DNA of 64,000 nucleotides from Candidatus Hydrogenedens sp. (GTDB lineage Bacteria; Hydrogenedentota; Hydrogenedentia; Hydrogenedentales; Hydrogenedentaceae): NCBI GenBank assembly GCA_049968235.1, contig JBMFRC010000007.1, positions 32,001 to 96,000 of the forward strand, read 5' to 3'. Shown piece by piece: positions 44,156 to 53,215 of this stretch (position 1 is its first letter; each line of letters starts with the position of its first letter). The notes under the pieces were generated by a model. It saw only the letters and a program-made list of their open reading frames with translations, ran no database searches and was not told where the DNA came from. The position numbers and the translations under genes were made by a program.

Positions 44156-44189
44156 ATAGCACATAGCGGAATTTTACGCTATGTGCTAT
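44156..44189 (-). terminator. hairpin copy 2 (identical to copy 1), putative rho-independent terminator of the small-peptide operon
   Basis: Identical 34-nt palindrome 18 nt downstream of the peptide-2 stop, followed on the minus strand by TTTTTAAAATT. Confidence 0.55.
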
Positions 44190-44207
44190 CTATAAACTTT
44201 TGAATAA

Positions 44208-44330
44208 TTAATCTACGGGTTCTTTCCCTGTTAATGCAGAAAAGAAATCCGTTATAATTTTGCTTACAAAACCTACTAAATAATCAATAACTTTAACAAT
44301 GATATCTTTTAGCATTAAATTAAAATCCAT
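44208..44330 (-). CDS. small peptide 2 (40 aa, MDFNLMLKDIIVKVIDYLVGFVSKIITDFFSALTGKEPVD), amphipathic/hydrophobic
   Basis: Not in the ORF track because it is under 60 aa. ATG preceded by AAGGAGGG with 7-nt spacing. Paralogous to peptide 1, which ends 26 nt upstream. Confidence 0.5.
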   Translation of the reverse strand: MDFNLMLKDIIVKVIDYLVGFVSKIITDFFSALTGKEPVD

Positions 44331-44356
44331 ACTTTTACCCTCCTTTGGTTAGTTGT

Positions 44357-44467
44357 TTAGGCTGATGTTGTTAAACCAAAAAGCGCTAATAATTGGTCTG
44401 TCAGCCAACCGGCTAAAAACTTTACAAATACACTGACAATGATGTTTAGGATGTCTGCTAAAATCAT
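44357..44467 (-). CDS. small peptide 1 (36 aa, MILADILNIIVSVFVKFLAGWLTDQLLALFGLTTSA), hydrophobic/amphipathic
   Basis: ATG preceded by AAAGGAG with 6-nt spacing, the same SD context as the lacZ-like gene. Overlaps, in a different frame, the track's 74-aa ORF 44349..44573, which lacks any SD. Confidence 0.5.
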   Translation of the reverse strand: MILADILNIIVSVFVKFLAGWLTDQLLALFGLTTSA

Positions 44468-44906
44468 TACTTACTCCTTTCATGTTGTTTATTGGTACAA
44501 TAAATATAACCCCGTACATTGGAGTTATATATTTTTTATAAATATACAAGCAAAACCACCAATCGTTACACATTATACAAAAATATTATATAAAACTCAA
44601 AAAATATTTTTAAATTAAAATTCAAATAATATATGATTTTTAATCTTTTGTGTGCTAATTGCAAGTAATTTTATTCTCATTTATATACGCAAAAATTATG
44701 CCATTATACTTTTAAATATGTTGTTTAAATATTTGTGTTCAAAAATAATAATTTATGAATATATTCCCCTGAAAGTTCATATATATCTTTCCTTTTTGTA
44801 ATCATGTAGGATAAAAACAACATCTATGTATGGAACTTAGATAGAACTAACAAAGTCTTTATTTATAAATTTGTATAATATCTCTATAAACAAAAAGGAA
44901 TAAAAA

Positions 44907-46880
44907 ATGTTAAGAACAAAATTTATCGCTATATTAGGATTGCTTCTCCTATGGAAATGCACAGCAGAAGAACCTGTTCAAAAAGTTCAATATGAATTCA
45001 TAAATTTTCAAACAAACGCATCTATTTCTACTTCAACAGGTGTTTCTTTTAAGGACCCCATCTGGGAAATTGATTTTTCTAAAAACCTATCTGCTCGTTT
45101 TATTCATCCTTCTTTATCTATCTACGGAACACCCCAGAAATTTATCTTAAAACTTTGGGCAAGTTCCGCTGGTAGTGAAATTGAGATATTACTTGCCTCT
45201 CATTTTCAGTTCTTCCATAAGAAAATGGGGCCTCTTCAGTATGGAGAGCAAACAATTGAATTTAACGTACCTCCCGAAAACTGGGAATATCATTCGGGTG
45301 AAAATGATGGGAAAGTTCGAACCCCATTAAGATTTATAAGTCTTCAAATTAACAAAGCCAATTGTCCGAGCGATGTACTACAAATACAAATTCAATCCTT
45401 TATATGTGAAACAAACATATCTCCTCAACAAGAGTGTATTCTTGTTTCCACAACCCAAAAAGATAATAATGGAAGAATATATTCATCTTGTTCTTTTACA
45501 AATTTACTGGATAGGGAGGTTTCAGGCAATTTATCTATACAAATAAAAGATTGGGAACAAAATCTATTATCCACCTCTACCCAAAAATTACTTCTCCCTC
45601 CCTCAGCCCAAACTATCAATTTAGAAATTCCAATCGCCATTCCAGCAAATAAAAATTTCGTTGAAGTAGATTGGACATTTATCAGAAATGATGGGAATAC
45701 ATTTCCTGCTAATTCTACCTACACAAGAGAAATTGATTATCCATTAGATAGAACCTTAAACCCCAATTCTCCATGGGGAATGGGCTTATATTTCCTCCGC
45801 TATGGTTCAGACCAGAAAAGCAGAGAAAAAGCAGGGGAACTTGCCAGTCAGGCAGGGATTAAATGGACACGAGAAGATTTTGTTTGGGACATTATTGAAC
45901 CAGAACCCAGAAAATTTAATTTTGATTATTACGATAATCTTGTAAATACTTCTTTATCTTATGGTATCAGTGTTTATGGAATCCTATGTTATTGGGCTTC
46001 ATGGACTGAACCTTATACAATAAAAGGAATTGAAGATTTTGTCCGATACGCAGAAGCAACTGTAAATCATTTCAAAGATAGGGTTAAGCATTGGGAAATT
46101 TACAACGAACCCAATATCTTTTTCTGGCAGGGACCAAAAGAATTATATCCTGAATTAGTAAAAAGGTGTTATGAAGTTATTAAAAAGGTTGACCCAGAAG
46201 CACATGTTTTAGCCATTTCCACTTCGGGAATAGATTACAATTTCATTGATTTTTGTCTGCAAGCTAATACTCCTTTCGACATCCTTACTATCCATCCTTA
46301 CCGGCATAAACTTGATGACATTAAATTTATGGATGAATTAAAAAGGGCTGCACAGCAGGTACAAAATCGTCCTGTATGGATTACAGAAATGGGTTGGAGC
46401 AGTCATTTATGGAAAAATGGTGTAACGGAGCGCGAACAGGCACTATTATTAGCACGATGTTATTTATCCGCTATCGCTTCAGGTGCTGTCCAGAATATCA
46501 GTTGGTATGATTTTAGAAATGATGGTAAAGACCCCTTCTATTTCGAATCTAATTTTGGCATTATACGAGAAGACTTTTCTCAAAAACCTGCGTTACGAGC
46601 ATGTGCGAACATTTGTAGAAATTTACCCGATAAAAATATTCAAATTCGTAAAGATTTTGGAGAAGACATCATTGCTTTTCAACAAGGGAATATACTTGTT
46701 CTCTGGTCTGCCAATGAAGACAAATGTTTGAAAGTAAAAGTTACAGAATCCCCTGTTATAGTTCAAAACCTTATGAACGAAGTTCTCATGGAAAAAAATA
46801 AAAATAAATTTATACATCTTCCTCTAAAAAAAGGCTATCCCTTTTTTATTACCTCTGGTAAAATTAAAGGTATAAAATAA
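44907..46880 (+). CDS. secreted clan GH-A glycoside hydrolase (GH5/GH39-like) with an N-terminal beta-sandwich region
   Basis: Signal peptide, then an approx. 280-aa N-terminal region, then a (beta/alpha)8 domain with 'HWEIYNEPN' (acid/base) and 'VWITEMGW' (nucleophile), which is the clan GH-A NEP/TE pattern. Confidence 0.6.
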   Translation: MLRTKFIAILGLLLLWKCTAEEPVQKVQYEFINFQTNASISTSTGVSFKDPIWEIDFSKNLSARFIHPSLSIYGTPQKFILKLWASSAGSEIEILLASHFQFFHKKMGPLQYGEQTIEFNVPPENWEYHSGENDGKVRTPLRFISLQINKANCPSDVLQIQIQSFICETNISPQQECILVSTTQKDNNGRIYSSCSFTNLLDREVSGNLSIQIKDWEQNLLSTSTQKLLLPPSAQTINLEIPIAIPANKNFVEVDWTFIRNDGNTFPANSTYTREIDYPLDRTLNPNSPWGMGLYFLRYGSDQKSREKAGELASQAGIKWTREDFVWDIIEPEPRKFNFDYYDNLVNTSLSYGISVYGILCYWASWTEPYTIKGIEDFVRYAEATVNHFKDRVKHWEIYNEPNIFFWQGPKELYPELVKRCYEVIKKVDPEAHVLAISTSGIDYNFIDFCLQANTPFDILTIHPYRHKLDDIKFMDELKRAAQQVQNRPVWITEMGWSSHLWKNGVTEREQALLLARCYLSAIASGAVQNISWYDFRNDGKDPFYFESNFGIIREDFSQKPALRACANICRNLPDKNIQIRKDFGEDIIAFQQGNILVLWSANEDKCLKVKVTESPVIVQNLMNEVLMEKNKNKFIHLPLKKGYPFFITSGKIKGIK

Positions 46881-46881
46881 A

Positions 46882-48813
46882 TTACAATTTAGCCTTTCGT
46901 AACTTTTCTAATTCTTTATCAATACTTTGAATTACAGGGAATCGAAAACCTGTTTTGGGGTCAAAATCAGGCTCCAACACCTTTAACGATACAGGATGTT
47001 GGTCTCGTTTCCACTGGTTAGCAACAAACCTTTTTGCAAAATCTTCTGTCCACTTTTTAAGTTGTTTGGATGAATATTCGGAAAATCGTAAACATAATAT
47101 CTTCCAGCAATCAACAAGGGAAAGTCGTTGTTTCGCAAATAAAAAAATCAATTCATCCAATACCCTATATGGCATAAGGTCACTTTCATCCGTCTGATTA
47201 GGAGCTAACTCCGCTGTTGGGGGTATCTTTAATATCATCTCCAGAGCACGAATTTTTCGTGTCTCCGCAAGATACTCTAACAGTGCGGAAATAACCGTTT
47301 TCGGAACATTGGCAATTGGGGAAAAGCCACCTTCATTATCACCTCCTGTGGTTGTGTAACCAACGGCTGACTCACTCAAATTAGAGGTAACCAGCAATAA
47401 CCCATTTACATTATTTGCCCAGTTCAGCATCATGGCACCACGAACTCGTGCCTGTAAATTTTGCCGTGTAAGGGCTTTAACATTCTCCTCTTTACCTACA
47501 ATCTCAACTGCCTTTTTATAAGCAATTTCTACTTCTTCCTGAATACTTACCACCTGAAAGGGTACTCCCAATTCTTGGGCTAATAATTCTGCCGCTTTTC
47601 TTGTATCTGAACTACTATAATCCTTATGGGGCAGATAAATACATGCCACTTTATCCTTATATTTATCCGGATATTTACCTTCCATTAAATTTTTTCCCGC
47701 TTCTACTGCAAGCAATAAACTTAAAGCACTATCCCTTCCGCCGGATAGTGCCACTAAAAACTTATCGAAAATACCTACCTTCTCAAAATAATCCCGAAGC
47801 CCCAATGATAACGCAGAAAACAACTGCTCAAAATAATTATTTTCTATTTGAATACCCTCTGACAATTTAGCATCAGGTATATAAAAACTTTGCGGTAATG
47901 TATTTACCCACTCTTTTAGTGGAGAAGGAACAAACTGAGGATAATCCACAACAACCTTTTTTGTTGTATTCTCCTTTTCCAACTGTAATGCCTCGGTTTT
48001 CCATGTAGAATTTTCTTTCCGTATTCGCGTTACTTCATTTAAATTGACTACCGTTGTAGTAAGTGTCCACCTTTTATTAGACAATATCTTACCACTAACA
48101 ATAGAACCTTCCGGAGTAGCAATAATCCCTCCTCCATCGAAAATAAGCCGACTGTTATCACATCCTAATAAATTAGAATAAATATAAACCACTTTAATCC
48201 TCATAGCATTGGTTAGTACCAATTGTTTCCGCAACTGATTTTTTAAAGGGCTAAATGGAGAGGCACTTAAATTACATATGATTTCCGCTCCATGTATGGC
48301 ACGGTCTGCTGATGGAGAATGCGAAGACCATATATCTTCACAAATTTCGGCAGAGACCAGACCGTAAGGCAATTCAAAAATAATATCCCCAGCGGGTATT
48401 CCATGAATTTCTGTAGTACCTCCCGCCCATGAAGACCAGTATCTACCTTCATAAAATACCTGATAAGTCGGCAAATATTTTTTCAAAATCAAACCATGTA
48501 TCTTTCGATTGCATACAAAAGCAGTTGCATTAAATAAATGCGATTCTTTCTGCACAGGAAGTCCTACAAAAACACCTATCCCTTCTGTATGCTCTGCAAT
48601 TTGTAGTAAGGATGTCCAACTATGCTCAATTATATCATCCCAAAAGAGACGGTCCTCTAAACTATAACCACTGATTGCCAATTCAGGAGTTACTAACAAA
48701 TGTACATTCTCTTTTCTCGCCGTATCGATAACTTCGCATAAGTTTTCAGTATTCCTTTGAAAATCTCCAACTTTTACTGAAACTGATGATGTTCCGACCT
48801 TAACAAGTCTCAT
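46882..48813 (-). CDS. nadE: glutamine-dependent NAD+ synthetase (CN-hydrolase domain plus NAD synthetase domain)
   Basis: N-terminal nitrilase-like domain ('VTPELAISGYSLEDR', Cys in 'EICEDIW') and C-terminal 'LVALSGGRDSALSLLLA' PP-loop. Confidence 0.9.
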   Translation of the reverse strand: MRLVKVGTSSVSVKVGDFQRNTENLCEVIDTARKENVHLLVTPELAISGYSLEDRLFWDDIIEHSWTSLLQIAEHTEGIGVFVGLPVQKESHLFNATAFVCNRKIHGLILKKYLPTYQVFYEGRYWSSWAGGTTEIHGIPAGDIIFELPYGLVSAEICEDIWSSHSPSADRAIHGAEIICNLSASPFSPLKNQLRKQLVLTNAMRIKVVYIYSNLLGCDNSRLIFDGGGIIATPEGSIVSGKILSNKRWTLTTTVVNLNEVTRIRKENSTWKTEALQLEKENTTKKVVVDYPQFVPSPLKEWVNTLPQSFYIPDAKLSEGIQIENNYFEQLFSALSLGLRDYFEKVGIFDKFLVALSGGRDSALSLLLAVEAGKNLMEGKYPDKYKDKVACIYLPHKDYSSSDTRKAAELLAQELGVPFQVVSIQEEVEIAYKKAVEIVGKEENVKALTRQNLQARVRGAMMLNWANNVNGLLLVTSNLSESAVGYTTTGGDNEGGFSPIANVPKTVISALLEYLAETRKIRALEMILKIPPTAELAPNQTDESDLMPYRVLDELIFLFAKQRLSLVDCWKILCLRFSEYSSKQLKKWTEDFAKRFVANQWKRDQHPVSLKVLEPDFDPKTGFRFPVIQSIDKELEKLRKAKL

Positions 48814-48823
48814 TGTTTATCTC

Positions 48824-50323
48824 CTATTGGAATACAATTCCCGCTTCCGGGTTTTGCCATATCTGATTTTTCAACTCTCCCAACCGAGGGGATAAAAATA
48901 TACGATATACTTCCGGATTACGAAGTCGCTTATATTCCTCCGAAAGTGAAAAAACCTGTTTTCGAACTCGTTCACGAATAGTCTGTACTGGTTCAAACGG
49001 TATTTGAACTCTTCCATCAGCAAATACTTCTTTTAATAAGGGTTTCGCATATATAGCCCCTTCTAATTTTTGGGGAATATGTGGAAACAATCGGGAACGT
49101 GTTGGAATAGTACCTTTTTCAGGATATTCTTCTCCTTCTAAATACATTACATCTCCCAATAAACTTCCATCTCCTGTATAATATCGTATTGGAACTTTTC
49201 GACCGGGGTCTGTGCTTTTTTCAATATTCCCGGTAATTTTAATCCGCGATTCCCAAACCCCATCTCTATATACCGCTACCAGTTTATATACGCCATTCAA
49301 AGCAGGACAATCATACGAAGTTATCAGGTGAGTACCAACTCCCCATGCATTAATTTTTGCACCCTGCCGTTTCAAATCTGCAATCAAATCTTCATTTAAA
49401 TCATTCGAGCCTATAATCATGGGGTCATCGAAACCTGCTTCTCTCATCATCCGATATGCTATCTTACTAATACGAGCCAGGTCCCCCGAATCAATCCTAA
49501 TAGCGGGTTTCACATCAATTCCCTCATCTCTCATTTCTTTAAACACCTGAACTGCATTCGGAATTCCACTTTTTATCGGGTCATAAGTATCCACCAATAA
49601 TACACACCGTTGTGGATAAAGTCTTGCAAAAGCACGAAATGCTTCCAATTCACTCTGATAACTCATAACCCAACTATGAGCATGAGTCCCTGTTACAGGA
49701 ATATCATATACCTTGCCTGCCATTACATTCGAAGTAGCCATACAGCCACCAATATATGCAGCACGAGACGCACTTATACCCCCATCCGGTCCATGTGCTC
49801 TGCGAAGTCCAAACTCTATCACAGGGTCCGGTTCCGCTGATAAACACACACGTGCTGATTTACTGGCTATTAATGTTTGATAATTCAACATATTCAGTAA
49901 TGCGGTCTCTACCAATTGGGCTTCTAACAGTGGACCCTCTATCTGCACCACAGGTTCAAACGGGAAAATTAAGGTCCCCTCGGGAACAGATTTTACTTTT
50001 AAGTGAATTTTAAAGTTTTTAAGAAATGCCAAAAAATCTTCTTCAAATATCTTCAAACTCTTCAAATATAAAATATCATCTTCTGTAAAATGTAAATTTT
50101 GCAGGTAATATAGAAACGACTCCAAACCTGCAAAAATAGCAAAACCTGAATGGGGTGGTAAACTACGAAAAAAATAATCAAATGTAACAGGAATTTGTCC
50201 CCGTCCTTCCTTAAAATATCCTGCCATCATTGTTAATTGATATAAATCAGTTAACAACGCAAGATTTTTTCTCTCAAACCATGGTTCTAATTCAAACTTT
50301 TGCATATATTCCCTTATCCACAA
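48824..50323 (-). CDS. pncB: nicotinate phosphoribosyltransferase
   Basis: 'TDLYQLTMMAGYF' NAPRTase signature. Length is approx. 500 aa. Adjacent to nadE and a nudix gene. Confidence 0.85.
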   Translation of the reverse strand: MWIREYMQKFELEPWFERKNLALLTDLYQLTMMAGYFKEGRGQIPVTFDYFFRSLPPHSGFAIFAGLESFLYYLQNLHFTEDDILYLKSLKIFEEDFLAFLKNFKIHLKVKSVPEGTLIFPFEPVVQIEGPLLEAQLVETALLNMLNYQTLIASKSARVCLSAEPDPVIEFGLRRAHGPDGGISASRAAYIGGCMATSNVMAGKVYDIPVTGTHAHSWVMSYQSELEAFRAFARLYPQRCVLLVDTYDPIKSGIPNAVQVFKEMRDEGIDVKPAIRIDSGDLARISKIAYRMMREAGFDDPMIIGSNDLNEDLIADLKRQGAKINAWGVGTHLITSYDCPALNGVYKLVAVYRDGVWESRIKITGNIEKSTDPGRKVPIRYYTGDGSLLGDVMYLEGEEYPEKGTIPTRSRLFPHIPQKLEGAIYAKPLLKEVFADGRVQIPFEPVQTIRERVRKQVFSLSEEYKRLRNPEVYRIFLSPRLGELKNQIWQNPEAGIVFQ

Positions 50324-50337
50324 AAAAGATTTTCATC

Positions 50338-50820
50338 CTAAATATGTTTTTCTAACCACTCAATTGCACAATCCATTATTTCAGCATGGTCAAATGCTAA
50401 TTCTGGAAGATTATCTATTGAAAACCATTGAACTTCTTTTGCGTCATCATTGGCATGTATTTCCACATCCTGATTGTTTAATATTCCAACAAAAGCCACC
50501 CCAATTGTTCTACCCCGAGGGTCCCTATATGGATTACTAAAAGCCTTTAATTGTTGTAATTTAACTCCCTTCAATGAAGTTTCCTCAAAAAGCTCCCGTT
50601 CTACTGCCTGTTCCAATGTTTCATGCTCATCAATAAAACCACCCGGTAAAGCCCAATATCCCTCAAAAGGGGCATTCATCCGTTTTATCAACAGAACTTC
50701 CCAATCTCTACCTGTTTTCCTGAACACAACCGCATCCACAGTTACAGCAGGACGTGGATATTCATATATGTATGGTCCTTTATGTTTCACCGTTATCTCC
50801 TTTAATTCTTTCTTTTTCAT
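50338..50820 (-). CDS. NUDIX hydrolase (probable ADP-ribose/NAD-related pyrophosphatase)
   Basis: Nudix box 'GGFIDEHETLEQAVERELFEETSL'. Confidence 0.8.
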   Translation of the reverse strand: MKKKELKEITVKHKGPYIYEYPRPAVTVDAVVFRKTGRDWEVLLIKRMNAPFEGYWALPGGFIDEHETLEQAVERELFEETSLKGVKLQQLKAFSNPYRDPRGRTIGVAFVGILNNQDVEIHANDDAKEVQWFSIDNLPELAFDHAEIMDCAIEWLEKHI

Positions 50821-50880
50821 GTGTTATACTACACCTCAATCTTTCCATTATTCTATTTTAATCTACTAAAGGAATTTATC

Positions 50881-52218
50881 ATGAAATCTTCTATCTTAAA
50901 ACGAACATTAAAATGGACATTATATAGTATATCAATCTTTATTGTCCTGATTTTAATTGCTTTCCTGTTCCTTTTCCGTAATGCGATATATAATCGCTAT
51001 GTAGAATTCCCTCGTGAAAAAAAAGCGTGGGAAGAACTCCGAAGACAATATCAGCCACCCTCTTATGATGATGGTTGGAATGATTATGCGGGCGTTTGTC
51101 ATAGTCATTCCGAATTATCCCACGATAGTCAGGTACCATTTGAAGAAATTCTGAGAGCACTAAAACAAGAAAAACGGCAATTTATTTGCATGTCAGACCA
51201 TTGTGATGAGGGCAAAGCAGACTATTCCAAACAATGGCGGGGTGAACATGACGGTGTCCTTTTCATACCAGGCTATGAGATGAATTACGGTTTTATGCCA
51301 TGGGGACTACCTCCTGAAACTGTTCTGGATTGCAATAAGGACCCCGAAAACCTTGCCCGGGAAATTCATGAAAAAGGTGGATTATTATTCTTTGCTCATT
51401 CGGAAGAACCACGCGAATGGCAATTACCTGAACTTAACGGTATGGAAATCTACAATATTCACACAAACTTTAAAAGCCTTGATAAACAATTTATACTTTA
51501 CAAATTAGCACCCAATATAATCCTTAATATAAATAAATACCATGAACAACTTTTAAGAAGCATTTTCAGCCCGTTAACAGAAGTTATAAAAAGATGGGAT
51601 GAAATGAATATAAGTAGAAAGATAGTCGGAATATCCGCCAATGATTGCCACCAGAATACGGGCTTTGTTGGCAAAATAACTCCTCAAGGAACCCTCTACA
51701 TTGAAGATACCAGTCCACGTAAAATAGGCGAATATAAATTAAATCTCCTTTCCCGTCTCCTATTGCGTATTCTTTTTGGAAAACTGGAACCAGGAAAAAC
51801 CCTATTTCATGTTCAATTAGACCCTTATCCCCTTATGGTTCGTTATGTCTCCACCCATGTTTTAGCCCATGATTTATCCGAACAATCTATTCTGGAATCT
51901 CTAAAAGAAGGTCGTGTCTTCGTAGGGTTTGAAATGCTTGCGGAAACAACAGGTTTTGTTTTCTTCGCTGATGATGGAAATGTAAAAGCAGTTTGTGGAG
52001 AAAAAATTCCTTTAACTCCGAACCTATCGCTAAAAATGGCTTCTCCTTATCCCTGTAAATTTATCATCTATCGTCATGGAATTGTTCTTCAGGAACATGA
52101 AGGTAGAGATTTTGAATGGAAACCCACAGAACAGGGTAAATATCGTGTGGAAGCACAATTATATTTAAATAAAAAATGGGTCCCCTGGGTTTATACAAAT
52201 CCGATTGAAATATTTTAG
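50881..52218 (+). CDS. membrane-anchored PHP-domain-like metal-dependent phosphoesterase
   Basis: N-terminal TM helix, then His/Asp clusters typical of PHP ('GVCHSHSELSHDS...ICMSDHCD', 'FFAHSEEP', 'NDCHQN'). I chose the start at MKSSILK; the track start at 50821 abuts the nudix start. Confidence 0.4.
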   Translation: MKSSILKRTLKWTLYSISIFIVLILIAFLFLFRNAIYNRYVEFPREKKAWEELRRQYQPPSYDDGWNDYAGVCHSHSELSHDSQVPFEEILRALKQEKRQFICMSDHCDEGKADYSKQWRGEHDGVLFIPGYEMNYGFMPWGLPPETVLDCNKDPENLAREIHEKGGLLFFAHSEEPREWQLPELNGMEIYNIHTNFKSLDKQFILYKLAPNIILNINKYHEQLLRSIFSPLTEVIKRWDEMNISRKIVGISANDCHQNTGFVGKITPQGTLYIEDTSPRKIGEYKLNLLSRLLLRILFGKLEPGKTLFHVQLDPYPLMVRYVSTHVLAHDLSEQSILESLKEGRVFVGFEMLAETTGFVFFADDGNVKAVCGEKIPLTPNLSLKMASPYPCKFIIYRHGIVLQEHEGRDFEWKPTEQGKYRVEAQLYLNKKWVPWVYTNPIEIF

Positions 52219-52232
52219 TTCGTGTTAATAAG

Positions 52233-52264
52233 AAAGCCCACTCGTTTATGAGTGGGCTTTTTAC
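52233..52264. terminator. bidirectional rho-independent terminator between convergent genes
   Basis: 'aaagcccactc gtttat gagtgggcttt tttac': an 11-bp GC-rich stem with T-run or A-run flanks, 15 nt after the PHP-gene stop and 20 nt after the SOD stop. Confidence 0.75.
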
Positions 52265-52283
52265 ATCTCTGTTTAACACACTA

Positions 52284-53000
52284 TTATAAAGTAATACTTT
52301 TTAACGCTTTTACATTTTTTGCAACCTGTTCCCAATTCACAACATTCCACCAGGCTTTTACATATTCGCCACGATTATTTTGATATTTCAAGTAGTATGC
52401 ATGTTCCCATACATCTATACCCAATACCGGGAACACACCCCACGGCGATAGTTTATGCTGGTTTTCTGCTTGAAGTACAATCAATTTTCCATCCGTTGGA
52501 CGATAATGTAATAAAGCCCAGCCTCCTCCTTCTACCGCATTTGCTGCAGCAGAGAAGTGGTTCTGAAACGCATCGAAGGAACCAAAATCTCTTTCAATAA
52601 GTTCCAACAATTCACCGGAAGGTTTGCCTCCCCCACCATTATTCGGAGGTGCCATAATTTTCCAAAACATACTATGCAAGAAATGTCCTCCGCCATGAAA
52701 TGCGGATTGTTTTGACCAATGTTGTACCAAAGCGAAATCATTCTTAGCTCGTGCTTCTTCAAGAGCCTTTTCTGCTGTATTTAGCCCTTTTACATACGCC
52801 GCATGATGTTTGGAATGATGCAACTCCATAGTTCGCGCATCAATATAAGGCTCCAGTGCATCATACGCATAAGGCAACTCCGGAAGTTTGTGTTCCTGAC
52901 TTCCATTTCCGGTCTGACCGAATACCGGTGCTCCAATAATTGAACTCGCGGTTATTATGGAACTACTTGCTAATAAAAATTCTCTGCGTGAAGTATTCAT
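52284..53000 (-). CDS. Fe/Mn superoxide dismutase with a twin-arginine (Tat) signal peptide
   Basis: 'MNTSRREFLLASSSIITASSIIGAPVFG' Tat leader, then 'LPELPYAYDALEPYIDARTMELHHSKHH' and 'DVWEHAYYLKYQNNRGEYV' SOD motifs. Confidence 0.9.
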   Translation of the reverse strand: MNTSRREFLLASSSIITASSIIGAPVFGQTGNGSQEHKLPELPYAYDALEPYIDARTMELHHSKHHAAYVKGLNTAEKALEEARAKNDFALVQHWSKQSAFHGGGHFLHSMFWKIMAPPNNGGGGKPSGELLELIERDFGSFDAFQNHFSAAANAVEGGGWALLHYRPTDGKLIVLQAENQHKLSPWGVFPVLGIDVWEHAYYLKYQNNRGEYVKAWWNVVNWEQVAKNVKALKSITL

Positions 53001-53215
53001 TGTTTTCTCCTTCGTTTTATTGTTGAATTACTTGTTTTCAATTTCGATTTACATAACACAAAGTACCTTCTCAATATTCCCTAAAAAAACTCTTCAATAA
53101 ATCCCAAATAAGATTTTGTTGTTGGAAAACCAAAACTAATAAGAGTCATTTGCATGAAGATTAAAAATTAGAAAGAAAACAATAAAATATAAAGGAGGGA
53201 CAGTGGATAAAAATA

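Noticed and set aside
44067-44162. N-terminal extension of the GH5 ORF (the track starts it at 44162)
   Set aside because: The extension is simply the translation of the two palindromic hairpin copies. A canonical Tat signal (MERRTFLRQL) with its own RBS starts at 44066.
44087-44190. Possibility that the duplicated palindrome is a CRISPR array
   Set aside because: There are only two copies, they are internally palindromic with a 26-bp AT-rich 'spacer', and there are no cas genes. This does not fit a CRISPR locus.
44349-44573. 74-aa minus-strand ORF reported by the track (MCNDWWFCLYIYKK...MKGVSNDFSRHPKHH...)
   Set aside because: It has no SD at any of its Met codons and its composition is Cys/His/Trp-rich and atypical. 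The overlapping frame encodes a peptide with a perfect SD-ATG and a paralogue directly downstream, so I prefer that frame.
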